Assembly (NCBI RefSeq): GCF_964194155.1
Contig: NC_135901.1
Location: 26,660,001-26,724,000, forward strand
DNA from: Cetorhinus maximus
Lineage: Eukaryota
DNA: 64,000 nt
Direction: 5' to 3'
The position numbers and the translations under genes are program-made. Below, piece after piece: positions 35,096 to 46,335 of this stretch; the first letter of the stretch is position 1, and each line of letters opens with the position of its first letter. The notes under the pieces are model-generated. The model was not told the DNA's origin and did no database searches. It saw only the letters and a list, made by a program, of their open reading frames with translations.

Positions 35096-35727
35096 AAAGT
35101 TTGGACAGCTTTCTCGGCTGGTCCGTTTGACGCTGGGCGGTGAGGCGCAGTTCGGACGTGTTTACCGCTGTTTAGATGGGCGAAGTTCTGAAATTCAGCG
35201 CTTGTAAATACGGCTCCATTGTCTGATACATTGGCTTCGGGCGATCCGTGAGTGGAAACGCATTGGCGTAACCTTTCGATGGTGGAGTGCGACGTGGGTG
35301 ATCTCACCTCAAAAATCTCCATCCGTTTTGAGTCCGTGTCGATGACGAGCAAAAACGTTGAGCCCAGGGATGGATCCAGGTCGCCCACATGGATTCGCGC
35401 CCATGGTCTCAGCGGCCAGGCCATTCCCGAGGGTGTAGTGGGGGGCTGCGGCTGGCCATTTCTGTTGCAGTTGGCACCGCTGACGGTGCTCGAATAACTT
35501 CTCGATATCCGCATCCACGCCGGGCGTCTGCACGTAACTCCCGGTGAGCGTTTTCATTTTAGAAATACCCGGACTAGTGCCGTGTAATTCGGCTAGGGGC
35601 AGTTGCCTGCCTGGTACGGGGGCGGCTAACACTTGCTCCCCAAACTGCGACGCCATCCCGACAACTCAAGTCGTATTTGCGTGGTATTTGAAATCCCTTG
35701 ATTGGGTTGGAGTTGGCGGATCTTAAG

Positions 35728-37232
35728 GTCGCGTCTGGATCTGGAAAAATTTATTGATTTTGCTTCCAATTTCCACCCCTCCATCATTTTCACATGGTCC
35801 ATCTCTGACACTTCCCTTCCCTTCCTTGACCTCTCTGTCTCAATTTCTGGTGAAAGGCTGTCCACCAATATTCATTACAAGCCTACCAACTCCCACAGCT
35901 ACCTCGACTACAGCTCCTCACACCCCGCTTCCTGTAAGGACTCCATCCCATTCTCTCAGTTCCTTCACCTCCGTCGCATTTGCTCTGATGATGCCACTTT
36001 CAAAAACAGTTCCTCTGACATGTCTTCCTTCTTCCTTAACCGAGGTTTTCAACCCACAGTGGTTAACAGGGCCCTCAACCGTGTCCGGCCCATCTCCCGC
36101 GCATCCGCCCTCACATCTTCCTCTCCCTCCCAGAACCATGATAGGCTCCCCCTTGTCCTCACTTATCACCCCACCAGCCTTCGCATTCAAAGGATCATCC
36201 TCCGCCATTTCCGCCAACTCCAGCATGATGCCACCACCAAACACATCTTCCCTTCACCCCCCCTGGTGGCATTCCACAGGGATCGTTCTCTCCGGGACAC
36301 CCTGGTCCACTTCTCCATCACCCCCTACACCTCAACCCCCTCCCACGGCACCTTCCCATGCAACCGCAGAAGGTGCAACACCTGCCCCTTTACTTCACCT
36401 CTCCCCACTGTCCAAGGGCCCAAACACTCCTTTCCAGTGAAGCAGCATTTCACTTGCACTTCCCTCAATTTAGTCTACTGCATTCGTTGCTCCCAATGTG
36501 GTTTCCTCTACATTGGAGAGACCAAACACAGACTGAGTGACCGCTTTGCGGGACACCTTTGGTCTGTCTGCAAGCATGACCCAGACCTCCCTGTCGCTTG
36601 CCATTTCAACACTCCACCCTGCTCTCATGCCCACACGTCCATCCTTGGCTTGCTGCATTGTTCCAGTGAAGCTCAACGCAAACTGGAGGAACAGCACCTC
36701 ATCTTCTGACTGGGCACTTTACAGCCTTCTGGATTGAATATTGAGTTCAACAATTTTAGATCATGAACTCTCTCCTCCATCCCCACCCCCTTTCTGATCC
36801 CCCTTTTTTCCAATAACTTATATAGATTTTTCTTTTCCCATCGATTTCCATTATTTTAAAATGTATTTCCATCCATTGTTTTATCTCTACCTTTTAGCCT
36901 ATTTCATTCCCTTCCCTTCACCCACCCCACCCCCACTAGAGCTAACTGTACCTTGCTCGTCCTGCTTTCTACCCTTAATGTCACCTATTATCACATTCCT
37001 TAGATAATATCACCACTTTCAACACCTCTTTGTCCTTTTGTCTATGACATCTTCTGGTTATCTCCACCTATCACTGGCCCTCTATCCAGCTCTACCTGTC
37101 TCACCCCCACCTTAAACCAGCTTATATTTCACCCCTTTTCTATTTTTCCTTAGTTCTGTTGAAGAGTCATACGGACTTGAAACGTTAACTGTGTTCCTCT
37201 CCGCAGATGCTGTCAGACCTGCTGAGTTTTCC
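35728..37232 (+). mobile_element. Penelope-like element (RT C-terminus, GIY-YIG, pLTR)
   Basis: ORF 35702..36709: LPFLDLSV, HYKPTNSHSYLDYSSSHP, SIPFSQFLHLRRICS, NLVYCIRCSQCGFLYIGETK; hammerhead-like motif at 37152-37190. Confidence 0.93.
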
Positions 37233-39762
37233 CATGCTTAAAAAGTACTTTGACAGGGAAGATGACCAAATGGAGGTATTACTGGTGGTAGATAAGAGAA
37301 AGAGGTAGAAATGAAGGATTCTGAAATTGACTTTCCTTTAAATTGGATAATGAGGGGGTACTTAAAAATTAAATGTAACATTGAGTTACCTTCTAGGCAA
37401 TTTTCCAAGTGATTTAGAGAAGTTGTTGCGGTTACACAAAGCTATTTGTGGGAATAAGCTAGGGAGGGCAAATTTAGTTGTGCATGATGTAAATGTGGGT
37501 GATGCAGTTTCAATAAGGAAACATCCTTATGGATTAAGTCCAGCAAAATTATCACAAGTACAGAAAGAAATCAAATTCATGCTTCAAAATGATATCATAG
37601 AGTCTGGTTGCAGTAACTGGAGTTCACCTATTGCGCTGGTCCTGAAACCGGATGGAACACAAAGGTTATGTGTGGATTATCGAAAAGTAAATGCAGTGAC
37701 AAAAGCGGATTCATATCCTATTCCAGGGTTGGAAGATTGTCTTGAGAAAGTGGGACAATCAAAGTTTATCACAAAGATCGACTTTCTGAGAGGATATTGG
37801 CAAGTGCCATTATCGGAGAGGGCAAAAGGAGATACCGGCTTTTGTGACACCAGATGGACCATATCAATTTAAAGTTGGTATGAAAAATGCACCAGCAACA
37901 TTTCAAAGGCTGATAAACAAAGGAATTGCAGGGCTGAGCAATTGTGCTGTTTATATCGACGACTTGATAGTTTTCAGGCAAACGTGGGAGGAGCATTTAC
38001 AACATCTGAAAGAACTGTTTGATCGACTTCGAGAAACTAATTTGGTGGTGAACTTGGCTAAAGAGTGAATTTGCAAAAGTGCAAGTCACACATCTAGGCC
38101 ATGCCATTGGACGTGGTAAGGTAGCTCCGAGAGATGTGAAAATAAAAGCCATTGTGAATTTCCCAGTGCCTACAACAAAAGAAGTTTTGAGATATCTGGG
38201 GATGAGTGGATTTTATCAGCAATTTGTACCAAATTTTAGCAGCATGGACGCTGCATTGACTGAACTGTTAAAAAAGAACAAGAGGTTTCAGTGGGCACAG
38301 GAGTGTCAGAAAGCATTTGGCAGTTTAAAAACTATGTTGACTGCAACACCAGTTTTTTCGGCAGAACCTAATTACGCCAAGCCATCTAAGCTGCCATTTG
38401 ATGCGAGTGATGTAGGTGTTGGTGCTGTACTGTTGCATGATGATGAGGCTGGAATTGAGAAACTGATAGGATATTTTTCGCGCAAGCTGAATGTGCATCA
38501 TTCAACCATTGAAAAGGAGACTCTGGGTCTGGTATTAGCAGTACAGTGTTTCAAGGTTTATGTTGCAAGCAATTCTTCAGAAACAATTGTTTATGCAGAT
38601 TTCTGGACAAATTTCAAGACCAAGAAAGTGCAAGACTGTTCAGATGGAGTTTATTACTGCAGCCGTTTAATTTACAGATTATACATGTGGCTGGACGAGG
38701 AAATCTAATTGCAGATGCATTGTCGAGAGCTTAAAGCTCAAAAGGAAACTGGACATTTAAAACCTGGATGCTGGACTGAAATGACCCCTGTTGACACAAA
38801 GGATTTGTAAATATTGCTGTGTTAACGCATGTCCCTGGTAATGTAACGGTTTGTGTACATCGTTAAGTATAGTAAGTAATGTAAGATGGATTGAGAAAAT
38901 GGAGCCATCTTTTAAAGTTATGACAGTTCATTTTTCCATAAGGATGGAGGTGTCACAAAACTATAATAAGTTTCATAATATCATTGTGGCTTATTGTAAA
39001 GTAGGTTTATGGGTGTGAGTATAGCTCGTTTGGTCTGTGTGATTTAATTAAATTAGAGTCAGATAGGCTGCAAGCTGAAATTATCCAAAGAAGCTAGGGG
39101 TAAAAGGCATTTGGAATGCGAATGAGTAAATATGGATGAGGCCTTAGCATGTAGGGTGTGAAGGAATTTTGCATTTTTAGATAAGCGAAAGAGTTGTTTG
39201 GGTTTCAAAGGGATGGTAGGATGTTCACAACTAACAAGATAAATAGGGCAAGGTTATTATGTTTATTTTTCCCAAAAGGTACTGACCATATTGGCAACAT
39301 GAAAGATTTTTATATTATGGGAAAAGTACATTTCCAAAGACATATAGAACAATGGAATTTACAGATTAAAGACAGAGAAACATATATAAATAAAAGAGGA
39401 AGTTGATGTTGTGGGGATATACAAGAACTAGAAGGAGTGTCTAAAACAGTCTTGGGGAAGCCTCCAGCCATGTTTGCAAAAGTCTGCTGTGTCCAGTAAC
39501 TAGTGATTAGGAACTTTGGGATGTGTTATAATGTTAAGACACTGTAATCTTATGTATGTGCTTGAAATCTTTTCATTGGTTAATAAATGTTTTAATTTAG
39601 TTCTTAAGATCTCTAGAAGGTGTGAGCGGACTCATTACTTCTGAATCCAGTGCCCAAATCTTCTCGCAATAAATACAAATTGCAAAACTGTTGTGATAGT
39701 GTAGCCAAGTTTCCCTTGTGGGTTTAGTCTGCCTGGCACACAACACCTGCCGCGTCATAACA
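37233..39762 (+). mobile_element. Gmr1-like Gypsy, 3' half (post-integrase linker, RT, RNase H, 3' LTR)
   Basis: RLCVDYRKVN, GMKNAPATFQR, VYIDDLIVF, DASDVGVGAVL, STIEKETL, ADALSRA*; no integrase after RNase H; PPT 38940-38950; LTR 38951-39762. Confidence 0.9.
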
Positions 39763-42700
39763 GTAACAAAATGCTTTCACTTCCTCGGAGACTGGCTCAT
39801 TTAACCATCCTGTAAGTATCTGGTCTCTCACTTTGGGCAGAAGCGGGTCTTGATTGGTCCAGTTCCTGATCTGCTTTGCACAGATGGGCAACTTGTCTAA
39901 AACATTCAATGCAAGGATAATTTCTTGGGGTACAGGGGTGTGTAAGATACTTTCTTGCAAAGGTTAGTGGCTAAGGGCATCCGCGTTCGCTATGCATATC
40001 TCAGGTCGGTGCTTGAAAATGTATCCGTAGGTGGGCAGAATTAATGCCCATCGCTGAATTCTTGCCAAAGCTATTGGCGGGATAGCCTTGTCTTCTTTGA
40101 AAAGGCCCAGAAGTGGTTTATGATTGGAGATGATAGTAAAGTGCCTGCCATGTAAGTACTGGTCGATTTTTAAAAAAAACTCTGATGACTATTGACAGTC
40201 CTTCCTTCTCGACCTGTGAATAACCTTCCTCGGCCGCTGAGAGGGTTCTTGATACATAACCTATTTGGCCTCTCAGAACCGTCGTCTGTTTCATGGGACA
40301 ATACTCCGCCAACGCCATACGGAGAGGTGTCGCGGGTCAATATCAATTCTTTAGCTGGGTCAAAGTGCACTAACAATGTTGAGGAGTGCAGCAGTTGTTT
40401 TACTCTGTTGAAGGCTGACTCCTGTGGGCCAACAATGGTGTTTCTTCAATAGTGTGTGCAAGGTGGCCAAAACAGTTGATAAGTTTGGTAAAAATCACCC
40501 GTAGTAGTTTACCATCCCTAAACATGATTTGAGTTTGTGGGGGAAGGCGCCTCCTTTGTCACCTTAACCTTTTCTTCCACAGGGTGTAATCCTTGTGCAT
40601 CTACGCGGTGCCCAAGATAGGTAACTTCGGTGACTTGGATAGTGCATTTCTCCTTTTTTTATGTGGGCTCCAGCTTCCTCCTCCAAATTTGGTAAATGCT
40701 CAGCCCCTGTTGATCCAGTTGTGAGGACATCGTCAAGGTGGGCTACAACCCATGGCAATTCCTGTAGCAAACTCTCCATCATCCTTTGAAGTATTTGAGG
40801 ATACGCCAAAAGGTAGACACGTGTAGTGGAATAGGCCTTTGTGTGTGTTTATCATGACATACCCCCCCGGGATGTGTTATCCAACTCGAATTGCTGGTAC
40901 GCGAGGCTCATCTCCAACTTAGTGTAGGATTGACCTCCTGCCAGCTTTGCGTACAAGTTTTCAATTCTTGGGATTGGGGGGTATTTATCCAACTTGGTGG
41001 CCCGATTGACTGTTAGCTTATAATCGCCGCAAATGCGGACGGCCTTATCCGGTTTCAGAACGGGGATGATTGGTGCTGCCCATTTCCGAAAATTGAACCG
41101 GCTGTATGATGCCTAGTTTTTCCAACCTGTTTAACTCAGCATCCACTTTTTCCTCTTAAGGCATATGGTACTGGTCTTGCCTTAAAAAGAAACGGGGAGT
41201 TGCCTGTGGATCAATATAAATCTTGGCTTGCAAGCCATTTTTCTGAACTTGTTACGAAAGGAGCTGTCGTATTTTTTTTTAAACAATTCTAGCATTCCTC
41301 CTGCCCGTACTTGAAAAATCTCAGACCAAATTAACTTGATTGCTTTTAGCCAATCACGGCCCGGAAGAAGGCTTGGTCCTTTCCCAGTCACTATTATTAC
41401 TGGGAGCTGGGCTGACTGCTGCCCATAGCTCACAGATGCCATGGCGGTGCCTTTTACTTTCATGGCTTCTCCCGTGTAAGTCTTCAACTGGGCGGAAGTT
41501 CTCTCCAGGCTTAAGGGCTAGGTACCTTATCTCGGGTACTGAAATGTGCGCTCACCCATCGCTGTGGCTGATGCCCCTGTATCTACCTCCATATCTAGAG
41601 GCTTCCCATTTATGTGGAGTGTAACAGTGATATGGTTTGCCTTGACCACTTTAAGATTAAAAAGAGTGTGAATGTCAGGATCAGTCATTTCAGGCTCTTC
41701 CACATTATGTACTTCTTTGCTGGCTGGTTACTTGGCAATCTGGACCTGGCTCTGCCATGCTTTATCAAATGCCCTCTTTTGCGACAGTAGTAGCACTCGG
41801 CCTCCTTAAATCTACATGTTTCAGAAGTGCGGTTACCCCCACATCAGTAACAATTCAACTTCAGGGTCGCTGTCTGATTGCCACCGGTATGTTTTTTTTG
41901 ATTTCTGGGTGATTGGGAAACGATTCCCACTTCGCGGCTGCTTCCGCGGTTTTGGCACCACATCTGCCTGCAGGGCTCCCTCCCTAACTGGTAAACAGCG
42001 CCATTTTGCGAGCTCTGTAGCTCCTGCAAATCTTTATCAATGCTTTCCATGGCCAGCGCTATCTCCATTGCTCGTTTAAAATTGATATCTTCTGCCTGCA
42101 ATTGACGCTGAATGGCACACAACAAACCAACCCATCCCGTAGCACCTCATTCACGGTCGCTCCAAAATCACCATGCTCTCACAATGGCTTCAACTTAGCA
42201 ATTTAATTCGCTATCAATTCACCTGGGGCCCTCACCCTCATTTTAAATTTGAATCTTTGCACAATGACGGATGGTTTACGGCTGAAAATGGCCCTTTGCT
42301 AAATCCACGAGCTCACTGAACGATTCAGAGTCGGGCGCGCTTGGGGCTGTGAATAAGGTTGTAGGTTTGACTCCCAAAGGCGCTCAAGAGAACTGCTTTG
42401 CGCTTTTCCTCCTCCCCTGTTTAGAAATAAAACCCGAGGCCGCGTATTGAGGCCAGTCCTCTGTGTGGGGGGTGGGGCCGGGGGGAGTCAAATGGGTCGC
42501 TCCTCCCAAAGGGAGGCATCCTGGTGAGTATATATTTTTTTCCTTCTTTAAAAGGAGATACTCACAGTTGTAGGGCGAGAGGCAGCACCAGGGTCATTTA
42601 TCCTCGTCGCCAGATGTAGAGAGGTTACGACCGAGAGGCTTCTGTGGTTGAACACCGAACTTTATTTACAGAGCTGCTGGATTAGCTGCAGGTCCCTCGC

Positions 42701-42794
42701 AAGGCTACAATACATTCTCCAGACTAGGAAAACTCTGCCCCTTATAAACTTGCCTCCGCTTGGTGTTGATTGGCTGCTCTGACCACCAAGGTTT

Positions 42795-43740
42795 TTTTTT
42801 TGAAAAATATACTTTATTCATAAAATATCTGGAAGAACATTACAAACCATTTCAAAATCACCGTCGCATAAGTACAATCAAATTCAACTTTTACATATGT
42901 ATCACAAGGTGCATCAATACAATCAATGAATATTACAATCATTTCAATATGGTCAATGCAGACAATCAGACAATGGTACTGGAGTTATCAACATACATCA
43001 TGTTGCACTCTGAGGTGCTTCAATACAATTATAATACAATTAGTATTCACTGCATACATTCATTTTGAGCTGTACAGCCCGAGTGGCTCTCAACAGTTCC
43101 CAGCCCCTCGGAGCTCTGTGGCAGAAAGGTCTGAGACAGCGAACTTTTCCCATTGTGCCTTTGCGGCGGCTGCCCCAAGCTTTAGTGCGTCCCTCAGCAC
43201 GTAGTCCTGGACTTTGGAATGTGCCAGTCTGCAACACTTGGTCGGGGACAATTCTTTGCACTGGAAGACCAACAAGTTTCGGGCAGACCAAAGAGCGTCT
43301 TTCACCGAGTTGATGATCCTCCAGCTGCAGTTGATGTTTGTCTCGGTGTGTGTCCCTGGGAACAGCCCGTAGAGCACAGAGTCCTGTGTCACAGAACTGC
43401 TCGGGATGAACCTCGACAGAAGCCACTGCATCTCTCTCCAGACCTTCTTTGCAAAGGCACAATCCACAAGGAGGTGAACAACAGTCTCGTTCCCACCACA
43501 GCCACCTCGAGGGCAACGTGCAGAGGGGGTGAGACTCCTGGTGTGTAGGAAGGATCTGACGGGGAGGGCCTTTCTCACCACCAGCCAAGCTACGTCTTAG
43601 TGCTTGTTGGAAAGTTCTGGCGATGAGGCATTCTGCCAAATGACTTTGACAGTCTGCTCGGGGAACCATCCCACAGGATCCACCCTCTCCTTTTCCTGCA
43701 GGGCCTCTAAGAAGTTATGTGCCGACCACTGCTTGATGGA
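42795..43740 (-). mobile_element. Tx1/L1-clade LINE 3' fragment inserted in the Gypsy 5' LTR
   Basis: ALPVRSFLH...CPRGGCGGNETVVHLLVDC (CCHC); poly-T tail on the + strand; 16-bp TSD ctgacca(c/t)caaggttt at 42779-42794 and 43741-43756. Confidence 0.88.
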
Positions 43741-43984
43741 CTGACCATCAAGGTTTGCCTTAAAGCAACGTTCACCACACCAGTTATTCCTTGAAGTCAG
43801 CCCTTGAATTGTTTGTGCATTGTTTCATCATGTTCCCACATTTCAGTAACAAATGTTGAAATGTTTGCTCCACACCCACAGGGTTTCATCTGTTTAAAGC
43901 CACAAACAGGAAGATCCAGTTTTCTCCTGGAGTTTGAGACAAATCAGCTTCCAAAATGATGCAGAGTTTCAGCCAATGAGGGAG

Positions 43985-44480
43985 ATCAGGGCTCAGCCCC
44001 GCCCCTCATTCATCCCGATTGGTTGGAGGACCAGCCGCTCTCATTCGGTCCTCCAGAACCGCCCCCTCTTCCTATTGGTCCGGAGCTGCCGTCAATCACT
44101 CCCCGGGCCTTGTGATCTGGAGCATGCGCAGTGCGGGTGATGCCCATGGCTAAGACGCCTGTTTGACTCACCTTCAGGCGGGAAGGACCTTCGCTTGGGC
44201 GAAGGAAGCGTGAGGTGCGTTGGGTGGGCGGAAAGGCTTTATAAGCCAGTATAGGCCTCGAAGGCGAAACAAGAAGTTACTGGTCCCGAGTTTGCATCGA
44301 GCCGGGAGGATTTTTTTTCCGCAGGGCCTTTCTCGGTCACAGGTCCGAGTAAACAGCCGCCATCTTTATTGGGGGCGATGTGCAGCAGGGCGCATGCGCA
44401 GCTTCCATCTTGAGCGGGGTAAATGTGCAGCGGTGCGCATGTGCGGTCATTCCTCCTCCGCCTCCTCCCCCCCCAAGCAG
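43985..44480. promoter_or_regulatory. CpG-rich promoter of ZNF-6
   Basis: Single copy of the CCAAT/GC-box unit (43995-44085); NRF1-type gcatgcgca at about 44122 and 44392; YY1-type gccgccatctt at about 44356. Confidence 0.75.
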
Positions 44481-44684
44481 GAGGAGAGAATGTTGTGAAT
44501 TTCTATCCTGGACTGACAGGGATGGGTTTTGGAAACTCCTTTTACAGGGGGTTAGAGGGGGAGGATTTACGCAATGCAAAGATCACATTAAGATCTGACA
44601 GAGTCACTCGATTAATCAGAACCTGGTTGTTATCGACCTTTGGGTGTAAGCATTGCGTCCCAGGTCATCACCGCTCTCCATGGG

Positions 44685-44842
44685 GGAGACAGTGGTAACG
44701 TCCCTGGACTAGTAATCGAGAGGCCCAGGCTAATGTCCGGAGGACAAGGGTTCAAACTCAACCAGCTAGTGGAATTTAAATTCAATTAATTACCTGGAAT
44801 TTAAAAGCTAGCCTTCGTAATGGCGACTGTGAAACCATTGCC
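44685..44842 (+). mobile_element. tRNA-like SINE / LINE-head fragment
   Basis: agtggtaacgtccctggactagtaatcgagaggcccagg...ggttcaaact...ggaatttaaaagctag; related to 31186-31340. Confidence 0.55.
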
Positions 44843-45288
44843 GTGACTTTGTGGGAATGGGAAATTGTGAGGGACTGAAATTTACAGCTTTGGGAAACAA
44901 GAGAGTAAAATATATCTGCTAGAAACTAGAATTATCTGTTCTGAACTTGTGGCCTGGACTAACCTGTCTAAACTGGTTTTACAGTGTTATAAGGATTGGA
45001 TGGACAGATAGGAAACTCAAATCGAACATCACATCGAGATCTGACCGATTCACTCAATTCATCAGGACCTGAATATCATTGGCCTTTGACTGAGGAAGGA
45101 ATGTTTCTCTGATCTGTCCGTGGGAAAAGATTTCAGACATCAAGTGTGACTGGAAAAGCACCGAGACACACACACACACACACACACACACACCCGAGTG
45201 AGAGTGTACCAGCGAACTGACTGTGGAAAGAGCTTTACACAGCCTGAAAAAAAAATCACACCGTTCTCAGCGGAGAGAAGCAATATAC

Positions 45289-45945
45289 ATGTGTGTTGTG
45301 GACGAGGCTTCAAGTGATCATCCCAACCTGGAGAGACACAAGGACACCAACACTACGGAGAAACCGTGGAAATGTGGGGACTGTGGGAAAGGATTCAGCT
45401 ACCCGTCTGAGTTGGAAATTCATCGACGCACTCACACCGGGGAGAGGCCATTCACCTGCACTGCGTGCGGGACGGGATTTTCTCGTTTGTCCAACCTGCA
45501 GAGACACCAGCGTATTCACTCCGACGTGAGAATCTTTAAATGCTCCGACTGTGAGAAGAGCTTTAAAAGCAGCAGTGACCTGCAGAAGCACCAGCGCACT
45601 CACACCGGAGAGAGGCCATTTGCCTGCCCCGTGTGTGGGAAGGGATTCACGTGTTCATCCAACCTGCTGAAGCACCGGCGCACTCACACTGGGGAGAGGC
45701 CGTTCATCTGCTCTGTGTGCGGGAAGGGATTCACTGGGTCTTTCACCCTGCTGCAGCACCAGCAAGTTCACACGGCAGAGAGGCCATTCACCTGCTCCGA
45801 GTGCGGGAAGGGATTCACCCGTTCGTTCACCCTGCTGTCACACCAGCGAGTTCACACTGGCGAGAGGCCGTTCACCTGCCCTGTGTGTGGGAAGGGATAC
45901 ACTCGGTCGTCTCATCTCCTGAGACACCAGGTAGATCACGACTGA
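45289..45945 (+). CDS. C2H2 zinc-finger protein (ZNF-6), 7 fingers
   Basis: ORF 45223..45945. First in-frame ATG at 45289; ACG at the paralogous start position (45355); 7 fingers from [21 protein letters not shown] to [21 protein letters not shown]. Confidence 0.85.
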   Translation: MCVVDEASSDHPNLERHKDTNTTEKPWKCGDCGKGFSYPSELEIHRRTHTGERPFTCTACGTGFSRLSNLQRHQRIHSDVRIFKCSDCEKSFKSSSDLQKHQRTHTGERPFACPVCGKGFTCSSNLLKHRRTHTGERPFICSVCGKGFTGSFTLLQHQQVHTAERPFTCSECGKGFTRSFTLLSHQRVHTGERPFTCPVCGKGYTRSSHLLRHQVDHD

Positions 45946-46001
45946 CTTGAGGGGTTGGAATCCACTGTTTCTGCCGTTAATCACATCCAGGCCAGATTCA
46001 T

Positions 46002-46335
46002 GTGTGGGTGAATCCTGAGGTGTGTAAGAAATGTGTCACAGCCGCTCTCTTCCAATGGTTCAGAGCTCGTAGACATGGAACAGAAGGCTCCTTTACAACT
46101 GGGTTTAGAGTCAGGAAGAACAACGGTGAATGCTGGAAATGTGCTGTCAAATCAGAGATTGGTGTAAAACTGTGATCTGTTCCTGACTGAGAGTGAAACG
46201 GCAGCTTTAAGTTTCCAGTCTGAAAATGACTGTGGTAATTATGGTACGAGGATTTAAAATGTTTCTGTGACATTTCTGATTCTACAAATGTAGGGCAATA
46301 ACAACAAGAAGTTGCATTTATATAGAACCTTCAAC
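46002..46335 (+). repeat. dispersed ZNF-associated 3' block, copy 3
   Basis: Homologous to 11772-12106; core 46142-46241 differs from the other two copies at one base. Confidence 0.9.

Larger units (their letters stand above)
32967..43779 (-). mobile_element. Gypsy LTR retrotransposon (Mag/K02A2.6-like), degenerate, with nested insertions
   Basis: 5' LTR 42615-43779 (split by Tx1); PBS-like tggcgacgagga at 42601-42612; gag start MPPFGRSDPFD at about 42519; RT/RNaseH 39765-41180 (VVAHLDDVL, LVHFDPAKELIL, YSQVEKEGL); integrase 35095-35700 (PWARIH, VSDNG, HPASNG-like); PPT 32997-33009; 3' LTR stub 32967-32996 matching 43757-43779. Confidence 0.88.
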
